In this document: positions 25,301 to 37,300 of the stretch, in pieces
Numbering within the stretch: position 1 is the first letter of the stretch
Layout of the letters: each line of letters opens with the position of its first letter
Source of the DNA: Callorhinchus milii
Lineage: Eukaryota
Direction: 5' to 3'
DNA: 64,000 nucleotides
Assembly (NCBI RefSeq): GCF_018977255.1
Contig: NW_024704743.1
Coordinates: 28,770,001 to 28,834,000 of the forward strand
Notes under the pieces: generated by a model
The model's input: only the letters and a program-made list of their open reading frames with translations
Database searches by the model: none
What the model was told of the DNA's origin: nothing
Made by a program: the position numbers and the translations under genes

Positions 25301-28300
25301 CGGTCTGAACAGCACAGTTTCAAACTTTCAGTGGTTTTCGTTAGTGAGCCATCAGAGGTATTCTACTTGATCAGCCTTAACTGATCATAGAATTAGTCAA
25401 AAACACCACAGGTTTCATTTTCAGTGTCAAACAGCTCATGCTTAAGGAATTGTACTCGAGAATGAGTGGAGGGGCAAGACTCTGGCTCCTTAAAAGAATG
25501 CCAAATACTTTAAGTGTATTAAAAATATATTGTTAATAGTAATCCTAATAATCCCTACATTTGGTATAGTGGCTTTCATATCAGGAGGATGTCCCAAAGC
25601 GCTTTACAGGATTTACTGGAAAGTGAGGTGACTGTGTATATTTGTTGGTAAACAGCCCATTTGCACAAAGCATGTGGCACAGAAAAAACATGAAGTGATT
25701 GATCAATTTTATCCAGGGGACCATTAGCCAGAATATCAGGAGAAACTCCCTTTTTTCATATAGTGCCATGCGATTTTGAACATCCAACTGAACAGGATGA
25801 CAGGATCTCAATTTAACATCTCATCCAAAGGATGGCACCTCTGACAATACAGCTCACCTCCCTCCAGCATTGTATTCGAGTGTCAGCCTAACCTAGACTG
25901 TGTAAATTCAAAGACCCAACTTGGGGCTTGAACCTACAACCTTCTGCCTCAGAGGTGAGAGTGCTGCCAACTGAGCCAATACCTGTGAATACATTTCTTT
26001 TATCTCTTTTCTAATTTTTTAAATAATTTTTTGACTCACTGATTTGAACTACACTTAGAAAAGGGAGTACAGACAGGGCAGATATATAGACTCTAATGTT
26101 GAGGCAGATTGGTTGGCTTTTCTAGATTTGTGCTGAATACACACACACAGAGCCCCGTTTCACACATTTTGCATTGCTGAAAGTGTATATATATATCTCT
26201 TCCTTGGTGTCAGCCTGGCTCAGGTGGTCACACTCTCAACCTTAAGTTAGAAGGTTGTGGGTTCAAGCCCCACATCAGGACTTTAAATTCATCGTCCTGA
26301 CATTTCAGCATAGTCCAGGGGATGCATTGCATTGCTGAAGGTGCCATCTTTCAGACAAACTGAGATCTCATTTACCTGTTCAGGTGAACGTTAAAAGATC
26401 CAATGGCAGTACTCGAAAAGAGAAGGGAATTTTTCCTGGTGATATAGCCAACAATCCCACATTCACTTCATGACTGTTTGTGGGACAGGGTTGTGACCAA
26501 ATTGACTGCCATGTTTGTCTTTCAAAATATGCAGTCACTGCACATCACAGTAAATCCCGTGAAGCGCTTTGAGACGCCCTGAAAAGCACTTTATCAAATG
26601 TAAGGATTATTATTATTTCTTTGACAGTGTTTCTTCTAGAAACACTGACTAGAAACACCCTGGTACAAGGGAAGATTACTGGATCTGAGCTAGAACTTAA
26701 AATGCAGGAATTAGCTAACAGAAGGCTCAGATAGATACACTGTTCTTCATTTTCAATCAAAGGTTCTCTGAGGTGTTGCTGCTGAGGACTAACACAGATG
26801 GCAGAAGAATAACTGAATATGATTCTAGAGAGGTAATTCTTGCACAAAGTGGGAGGAATGGAAAGTCATGTTGATTTCAGTCAAAAAGATTCAGAAGCTA
26901 ATGCTTGGATGTTCTTGGCTTATGTGACTGACTCCAACTTTGGTTTGTGAAATACCAAAAGAACACAACTGATTGTTGGCTTGGAATTATTCCTTAGGAT
27001 CAGTTTCCTCACCTTATTTCCTATATCTTAATATTTACAGTTGAGTCAGCACTGAAAAGCATTTGACTGAAAACCAAGTCTTCACATTGCAATGATTTAA
27101 TAAAATTAGTTGACGCAGTACCATTTAAGCACCATTAGATGGCTTTATCACACTCCGAAAAATAAATGGATCACCTTAAATCACAATTGTGTTCCACAAA
27201 TTGGGGAGATATTTTTCTTGTTTCCACTGTGTTATAAAAGTATACATTTTTTTCCATTTTAAAATGACCTGCCAATCTGTTTCAGCAAAGTAGTAAGAAA
27301 TGAAAATCCTTTTGAATTATTAATTATCATTAAGAGTAATACTTTACATACCTTACCTATACAAAACGTCAAATGATAAATTCATTTATAATTATGCCCA
27401 GTCAGTAATGTTATTTTATCTATTTAATAATCGGGATCTCCTCGGAGCTGAACTGGCTACTCAACCAGTCAAAATCGAGCCCTCTGTGGCAGTCTCTGAT
27501 CCACAGTATTCCAGGCCACAGCTACTGACAGCACAGCCAGTCTGACTCATTGGCAGGACCTGGAAGGACAGACTAGTCACTGGGGGCAGGGAGTCCACCC
27601 ACTCAGCTCCTGTTAACCCTGCAAGCCAAAGCCCTAACGGTTGGGGTGGTCCTAGATGGAAAGTCAGCAGGAAGCAATATCAAAGGCAAGCTATGCGGTT
27701 TTAGCTGTTTAGACTCCAGCAGTACCCCAACACACATTCTGGGGTCCCCGGGCCTTGGCTCTTGCCAACCTACGCCTAATACTTTCTGGAATTCGGTAAG
27801 CAGGAGGCATCCTTCCAGGGAGAGAGTGCGCATTCCAGTCCAACAATCTATCTCTGGAATTTCCATACGTAGGTGGGATGCACGGAAATCTGCTTGGTTT
27901 GCATACTCTTAAGCACGGTGACGAGTTCCTGCATGCATCAGACACCGGCCGAACAAAATTAAAAAATCCTATTTAAAAATAATGAATAAAATACACTAGA
28001 ACGCTTCCTCCAAACAGCTCTGCTAATTTGTTCGTTGACCAGCCGATCTAACACAGCCTCAGGCAGGGCAGGAACTGGAGCACTACAATAGAGCTGTGAG
28101 TTTGGGAGCAGAATATGAAGCAGCAGTGCCACTCCTAATCACTAGAGGCACGTGTTTGAACATCGGATCTGGGGACCAAACTATTAAAAGTGTCAGTTAT
28201 TTTTTTGTAGCAGTTTAGCTCCATCCAAGTATCTGAATGGATAATAATAATAATCCTTGCATTTGGTATATCGCCTCATCACTTACTCAAGATGTCTCAA

Positions 28301-31300
28301 AGCGCTTCACAGGTCATACTGTAAAGTGAATTGACTGCATATTTTGTGGGTGAAATACATGAAGTTGAAATAGACTTTAACTTACCTCACTGAAAAGACT
28401 GCCGTTAACATAGGATATCCAAAGCTTCCAGAAATTGGGGAGTTGGCTTATAACAATCTCAGTTAGGTTGTCAACAAAGGTCACAGTCTGTGGAGCTTTG
28501 TATCGCCAAGCTGGAAAGAAAATATGGAAACTAAAACGTAGTCGATTGGAACTCAATCCTTGAATTAGGCAACGGGGGAGAAGAATAATTAGAGTGAGAG
28601 GGAGACTGAGGTAAGAGGCAGAAGGAAGTGAGCGAAAACAAAAGGGGAGGAAAGGGGAGAGAAAAAGAAAAAAGGAAAGAAAATAATGGGAGGGAGAGAG
28701 AGAGAGAAAATCCTGAGGAGGGAGAAGGTTAAAAAGATGGAAGATATGGGCAATTAAAGGACTATTGACTGTCCAGTGCCTTGGGACATCCTTCTGACAT
28801 CAAAGGTGAAATGTAACTTGTTGTTGCTTTTTAAATAATGCATAATAAACAATTTCCTCGAATAAAATCAAATGACATTGGTGCAGTTCTTACAGTCATC
28901 TCGGGAAGATTGGAAACTGCTGGCTCTTTTCAACGTAGTGCTTTGACTCAGGCGACTAATGGGAGAAGGCCGTACATCACTGTCCAAATCCAGCATTGGG
29001 GTGTGGAGATGAGTTGGACCTACACAGACAGACAGACAGATCAGAGTGTGCTGCAGTACATTGAATTTGAGCAGTCATTCTGTCAATTATATCGATCAAC
29101 AAGCCTCAATATTGAAAGTCAGACTTTGGTTCAATTTCATCATGCTTAACATACAGTTATTTTGTAACACATAGTTTATTCTGGTACTCCTGACGACAAA
29201 GATGACAGAATCCATTCTTGTGCATGGTCAAAAAAAGACTGCCACTGTGCTGTCTTTAAATAAAGATTCACCTCATGGCTCTTCAACACAAAGCAGAGCC
29301 ACACACCAGCATGTGCTTATAAATGTAGAAAAAAGTGTTTGTTTGCTAAAAGTCTAGAAAATATCCAGAGATTCCAGCATGGAGAGTAAGAACTTATTTG
29401 CTCTCTTTTGCCTCCTTCTGGGGTAGTAGTTCCACATGCATGGAATGCCCTCAGCTGTCTCTCCTTGACAGTGAATGTTGCAGGATATTCAACCATGGGT
29501 GCATCAAATTCCTGCATGACCCTGTCCTCACCCAATGTCCACACAGGGGAGGAGGGGGTGGGGGTTGGGGGAGACAGTGGCACTGGGAAGCTGAAATCAT
29601 GGCTGATTTTCCCATCCTTAGCTTAAAGACCCTGAGGCCAATTGTAGTGCCCTAACTGCTGGCCCTGCAGAGATCAGCCAACTCAGCACAGACCGGATCT
29701 GATCTTGTGACCTTCTGGTCTTTATCACGACTACGCCATTTAGGGATGTTCATGAAATCCAACCATTCAGTGAAAATACATTTTCTGAAGAAAACACACA
29801 TATTTTAGGCACTTTATCCCAGGCTAAAACTCAGCAAAACAATTCCTGGGACTCACTTGGCTATAGATGGTGCAGGACCAGGCTTGATATACATCTAATG
29901 TTAGACTAAAAAATCATTTTGTCATATAAGATCCACCTGAATTGTGGATAATTCTTAAATTCAGTCTTAATTTGGAAAGCCGGCTTTCTGCAGTTAAGAA
30001 TTTTTCACAATTCTGTGTGATCTTAGATTTTAAGATGAAATAGTCTAACAGGCTAAGTAAGCCTAGATGGATTGTTCAGGTCTCAGGAAAGGAAGTTATC
30101 TCAATATTTGGTTTGGGGATGTGCACAAAGATTCATTGGTCAGTTTATTTGCATTGAAAGATTTTCTCACATAAAGAATGTAAAATAAAAACATGTAATA
30201 TGAATGCAGAAATGATCTAATTTGACTGTGATTGAAGAACACTAGGTGGCAAATCTGAGTTGGCATCTACAACAAATACATCAGCAATAGACTCCTGGCT
30301 ATTGAGTTATTTTTGAAGAAAACAAATGTGGACATATAAGTATTTAAATAATTTTAAAAAGTCTTTTATAAAAAAAAGTGTACTTAACGACTCAGTTCTC
30401 CTGCAATATAGTGACAAAATATACTCCTAATACTACATGGCTCTCTCACAGACACCACTTTAACAATAAAATACTTAAGGTTCATCTAGTCAATGGTAAA
30501 CTTGGTGAACCATGAACTCAAATACAAAGCAATTGGGATGAACAATTTGACTGTGCAATATGAAAATTGGATGATACCAGCACAAGGTCTGAAGCATAAC
30601 CGACAACTTTACAACTAGATATGTTCGCAGATCCCAGATTTTCAAACCTGGTAGCTAAATTTAACTTTGGACAGTGAACACAATCTACACTTGTAGTACA
30701 TCTTTGGGAGGGGGAGGGGGTCAGGTTACTTGAGGGAGTGTATATAATTAAGTTACCAGGTAGATTCTAAATATTTTTCAATTTGTTTTACTATTTCTAT
30801 TCCATAATAAGTCTAGGTTATCTGCACTGTAGTGACCTAAGCTGAACCATAAACTTAAGACATCGATAGCACTGCTTTAAAAATGCTCTCCTGTTTCATA
30901 GGAAACCACAGTAGTAGTTCACACTAGTTTCAGGAAGGGATAGTTTAATATGGAATAATTTTTAATTGAGTTATATAGTATTACTAACAACTTGAACCAG
31001 CAGCAGGGAACCACAACCACCCAGTTACCCTAAGGACTAATAAACATCTGGAACAGATTTCCAGGACCATGTTACCTTGTTACAACCCAGCACTTACCAC
31101 GAGGTAGCGCTCGAACACTGCAGATGGGACAAAGATATCAGGAGACGAATTTCTCACAGCTGCTGAGCTGCAACTGAAAAGAGCTGACCTGACATGGCCT
31201 GCAAAGCTTTGCTATGCCACTCTCAATTTCCTTATGATCTGTAGCAGCACGGTAAGAGCAGCACCTCTTGCTCCAGCAGTGGAACGGCGAGAACTCTGCA

Positions 31301-34300
31301 TACTTCTGACCCTCGGTGGGGCGCAGACTTCCTTACCACCCTTTAGACACCTTTGAAGATTATTTCCTTTGCACAGTAGGTTGACTGCCATGTGCTATGT
31401 CCTGACCACCCACAGTACTACTTTGGCCAAACAGGCAATTCCTTGAGTCTGCCTCAGCACAAAGATCCCGATACAGAGACTGGTATGTTTTTCAAATGCC
31501 TTGGTTATAACTACTACCAATTTGTTTAGGTAATGGAGCAAGGAAGCAGCAAGGAAGCATCTACCTTGCAGAACCCCTTTCCTTAGGCACGGCCAACATA
31601 AATGTATCCAATAAGCACAATGCGATTACATTTAATCCTTTTCCCAGTTCTTGTGAGACCAGAATTTCCAACCCAAATCAGCAATGCTTTACAACTGGAC
31701 TAAGTTTGACCTGAACAAACCAAAGATTTGCTGGAAACATTATGTCTTCAGTGTAGACGATAATTCAGGTTTGTACTTAGAAAGACACATCTGTTGTTAA
31801 AAAGTTCCGGTTTCAGTGTAGTGAATGTTGCCCTCAGTGCTTTGTTTAACACTCCAAGCCTACGTGTACCCTCCCTTCCTGAATAAAACCTCTGTAATTA
31901 ATTAAAATGTACCTTAATTTAAAAATAATGGAAAGAGTCTTAAAATAATGCTCGCAGAAACCCCAAACCTCTGTTTCCCATCCTTACTCCAGCATCTTGG
32001 TCAGGCACAGACTTTATGGATTAAACATTTTCAGATTTTACGCTGAAGAGCACATTTATTTGGGACCTCTCGTTTCTCAGAAGTCACTTGGCTAAAAGAA
32101 ACTCCAATGCACTTTCCTGAAAATGAACAAGACGGTTCTCAGTGTTCCTGTAAACTATTCCACGTACATTTGAACGCGGATGACAAGCAACAGATCGGGT
32201 TCCTTTCATAAAACTTGGGTTTGATTTTATTAGTTGGTTTTATTTTTTAAAAACCATCTTTCCGTGCCAGATACCCCCTTTATTTTAATCTTACTGTGTT
32301 CTTTTCCCAAAAGGAAAGTTTTATTTTAAATGCGATTCAAAATCTTCATTAAAATCAAACACCTCAAAAACTACTAAAAGCCACAAAGAAAACATTCTAG
32401 GTATACCAGCAGAGGCTCGGCATGCCATGCAAAATCTTCAGAAGCTGGAATAATCAATTGTACATCTTTTCAGTGTGAGTATTTTTGTAGGGGATAGAGG
32501 GCAAGGGATGTGGTTTAGACTTAAATGGCTCCCAGCTGTAAGAAGCTTCTTTCAGATGTACAGTAAGTACAGCACATGGAAGAAAACCAGCTGCTTGGAT
32601 AACAAATTAAAAAGGCCCTTTTGACAGAGATCCTGTTGCTCTCCAATAAGTGAACAAAGGCAGATCATTCATTGCAAGGTGAACAGAAGACTCTGTATGA
32701 TATGCAGAAGTGCTGCAAGGCAGTCACTGCATCCGCCATTTGTTCCCATAACATGCCCAGCTGTTGTTATTCCGATTCCCAAAGAAAAATACATTTTGGC
32801 TACAGTGTTCCAGTGCTATAGTATTATAAATGCAATCTTATGCAACCCAGGTCAAGAAGGACTGCCAATTTTCTTGCAGTTTAATTTGCTTTACTTATTA
32901 AAAACACAATATTGTGTTCCTTACCCATGAAAAAGATCCTCCACTAAATTCACGCACTATTAGGAATTTATACGGCTTCAAATTGAGGATTGAGTTGTTC
33001 GGCATTTTTCACATCTTTAAAATCAGAGGCAAGAGGTCATCACTCCTTTACACAATTTGTATTTATACAGCGCCTTTGTATAAAAGAATATCTCAAAACA
33101 AATGTAATCGTGGACACTCTGCAGGGCAGTGAGAGATCCAGGATGATGCTGACCAAAGTAAAGGTCAAATAAATACAGTATATGTGAAGGCAGCCAGACA
33201 CAGCAAGGCCAAGCAGCTTTGAAGAAAGTTTCAATGGATAACTGCGTGATGGCTGAGGCTCGACAGGGAGCAATTGACCAGAATTGGAAGAGCAAAGTGT
33301 ACAGACTATGGGTAACGTAGGGTGAAGCCATGGAGGGATTCAAAGACTAGGACAAGCATCTTAGCTCAGATCAGGGTCAAGCAGGACACCAGCAATCAAA
33401 GAGGTTGATGGAATTGGAGCTAGAAACACTTACATGCTGTCGAAATCCAAACAACAGCCAAATATTACCTAGTTGATATTTAGCCATATAAAATGATGGC
33501 ACAATTAGCTCGGCAGCCAGGCAGAAAAGCAACAGTGCTGGAAAGGAGCAGTCACAAAGATGCAAAGTTGAGCATCATTAGCATTGATATGGAAGTGAAC
33601 CCCACGTTTGTGGATGATGCATTTGTCCTTGCATTTGATATAGCTCCCATAGTTTATCACACGAGCAAACAAACAGCAAAGATGTAGACAACGGAGGCTT
33701 ACAAAGACAGATAACCTTTGGATTCATACACTGGTTATCAATCGCTGCGTACCAGATTTATGAATTATAGAACACCAATTCTCTCATTTAAATGTCATTT
33801 TCCTTTGAATTTGTATTTGCAGCTTGCATCAGGCTGGCTCAGCTCATAGCACTCTCGCTTCTGGGTCAAAAGTTTGTCGGTTGAAGACCCATGTTAGGAC
33901 TTTTGAGCTCACAGTCTAGGCTCAAACTCCAGTGTGGTGTTGCAGTGTGTGCTGCATTGTCAGAGGTGCTGTCCTTTGGATAAGATTTTAAATTGAGATC
34001 CTGCTTGCTCGGTCAGGTACATTAAAGATCCAATGGCACCACTCGAAAAGAGTTTCTCCTAGTGAGCTGGCCAACAATCCTCCAGACAAAAAAAAATGGG
34101 CATTCATTCACTCCCTGCTTTTTTGTGAGACATTGCTGTCCCCAAAAGGCTGCCATGTTTGCCTACAAATCGTTACTGCACTCTATTGTAAATCCTGTGG
34201 AGCACTTTGAGACGATGACAACAATGTGATAAGGCACTAAATAAAGTCGAGGATTATTATTATTGTCCAAAATATATCTTACATTTTATTTTAAAAATTC

Positions 34301-37300
34301 AAAACAATTAAGCTACATAATTAAAATGTTGAATGTTCTGGCTTTGATCACTGATATGTGCTGTGATTGCTGAGCACAGTCAGGACTTCTTTAGAATAAT
34401 AATAATAATCCTTTTGTTTGATATAGCGCCTTATCAATTGTCATTGAGACATCTCAAAGTGCTTCACAGAATATACTGTAAAGTGAAATTACTGTCTGGA
34501 GGATTGTTGGCCAGCTCACTAGGAGAAACTCTTTTTGTGGGTGAAACGCATCGCCTTGAGTGCTTCTGGGGTGGCGGGCAGGGGCAAAAAGACAAGACAG
34601 AGAAAATCAGTCAGAGCTATTGCTACTGACTCTTATCCAGTGAATTGAAGATGTGGGTCTCCTTTCTGCCCAACCCGTCCTCCAAAAATGTTGCTTTTGA
34701 CTCTGCCAAATCATTAGAATACAATAATTAAAAATTTGACATTTACACCAACAAGTAATTTACAGCATAAGGTCATAAAGCCTATAAGTAAACATACATA
34801 AACTATACTATAGTCGGTGAATTGACCAATTGGGGAATGCAGAATCAAAGTTCTTTCCAGTGCAGTGCAAATCACCATTTACAATATAACCTTTTCACGT
34901 CCTCCCGACGTGAAAGATGCTCTATAAATGTAATTTTGTTGTTGTTGCTGTTTAACAAAGAATGTTAGGGAAGCATCATAAATTAATACATTACACTTGA
35001 GTTAGTGTGACTGCCATAATACTAAAAAGGTTGTCTGTACTGGCCCATGCCGACATTTAATTATCAGTGTTCCTTACCATACTAGCACTCGTCACTCACA
35101 GCCGGAGTAACTGACAGTGTAGTTATAACACAGCTGGCTAGGAAATTTTAACTAGTGAGAGGTTAGGCCTCAATCACAACACTGTGGTGTCAACCCCCTA
35201 AATATCTTCCTTTAATTATGCCCAATTCTCAGCTGTCTACTTCTGCCATTTCTCCCACAAGTGATAATGTGGACAACTGGTCTGCCCAGTTTGCAAAAGC
35301 CTAAATGCCATTGCAGACGAACGTGCAGGTCATTGGCCAGAAGCGTTTCAACTTTCCCATCTCATCTTCCACAGCTCAAAGTTAAGTCACTCCACTTAAA
35401 GCACCTCGATTCTCCTCTCTCTACACTTGTTAATTCATCTCCTGCCACGTTAGTTTTGAACAAAACATTTTTGAAACTGTCAGATTTTTGCCTGGAAGAA
35501 ACCCTGGATGTAGCATGTTGGCATTCCGCCAAACTGGTGCCAAGGAATGGGAGCACACATGCTCGTATAAGACCCCTGACCTGCAATTCCTCACGTTCTT
35601 TAGCTCATTCTCTTAAAATTCACAGTTGGGGGGAACTTGGTAAAATAGTCAAACTTCATGATAATGAACCCCCAAAGGACTGATAGAAAAGATCATTATA
35701 TCATTGTGTTCACTATAGCTCACCCCTCTTCCACCCCAACTTGGCGTCAGGCTCCACCAATGTCAAGCGCTTTGAGACGCTTCCCAGTGTGAGGGTGGGC
35801 TATATAAATGCAAGTTGTTGTTGCATCGTAAAAATGAAGAAATTACCAATTTGAATTACCATCATTTTATTCTGTTAAAAAACACTACACAGCTTAGATT
35901 ACTTCATAATATTCGTGCTTTTCTCAATGCATGCTGTTTCTATCTTGTTAACCAGTCCCAAAAGATCATCAGTTCCAGGTAATGATTGTGTGAAGTTTTG
36001 CACAGGTATGATTGCATTTCTGAACTCATCCATTGTTAATAATAGTAATAATAATAATCCTTGCATTTGATATAGCGCTTTTCATATCTTTTAGACATCT
36101 CAAAGTGCTTCACAGAATATGCTGTAAAGTGAATTGACCGTATATTTGTGGGCGAAACGCGGCAGCCAATTGCGCACAGCCGTGTTCTACAAACAATCGT
36201 GGATTGAAAATGACAAATTTATTATTGTTTTGTTTTGGAGGGATTATTATTAGGCGTATGGAGTAAGGAAATCTGTCCAAGGCTTCGCCCTGCCTGGAAC
36301 TGAATCCAGGTGTCTCGCCTACAAGGCGAGTGCTCTAACCACTGAGCTACAGGACTTCTCATCCTCCATCAGAAGATTGAACAAATCCATGAATCCAAAT
36401 AGTGTATGAACTGTTGAGAGGAAGCAAGCAGTGAAGGGATAACTGGTTCTGTGGCTTCCACGTCCTCATCACCAAGTTTCCTCATTCTCTCCCCGACTCA
36501 ATGTCACTGATTCAATAATGCCTTCATCCTAGTGGCAGTTGCCACTTCAAGCCCTTTGCCTTGTTGAAGTTTGTGTGTAGATGGCGGGCCATCTTATCAG
36601 GCAATGAATGCATAAATTATGCAGGATTCGCACGACAATAGGTTACCTTTCAATTAGCCTCAGCTTGAATTTCATTGTTGTATCCAGGTCAGTCCTAGTT
36701 GGTCCTGCTTAAGTGTTCATGATAGTAGGGCGAAACCTTGGGCAAGTTTCCTTACTCCACACGCCTAATAATAATCCCTCCAAAAACCAAAAACAATAAT
36801 AAATTGGTCATTTTTAATCTACGACTGTTTGTGGGACATTGCTGTGCGCAATTGGCTGCCGCGTTCACCCACAAATATACAGTCAATTTACTTTACAGTG
36901 TATTCTGTGAAGCGCTTTGGGACGTCCTCCCGACGTGAAAAGTGCTATATCAAATTCAAGGATTATTATTATTATTAGGGCTGATTTCCATTGAAAAAAA
37001 TTAGGTCTTGCTGTTTGGTTCGTAATAAGCAGGGTTTGTTATAGTGCAGCTATACTGTAATCTTTTATTCATGTTCAATTTGTAAGCTGATTCTTCACAA
37101 GTCCTTTTTGGTAATGACCGAATTTAAGGCTCTTGTCCAAAATCTTCAGTGATCTTAATTTTTAAGACAGCAGCCTTAAACCTATGAACGTGAGAAATTT
37201 TGGGCACCCTAATTTGCACTCTCACTGTTTTCTGTTCTTATTTGAGATTTTATTACTCGACTCGAAGTGAAAAAAAAGCATTGGCAAATTATGCATTAAA

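Noticed and set aside
35261..35683. 140-aa (+) and 74-aa (-) ORFs in unique intronic sequence
   Set aside because: There is no recognisable homology, they do not fit the EXOC2 frame, and I found no convincing splice pair.
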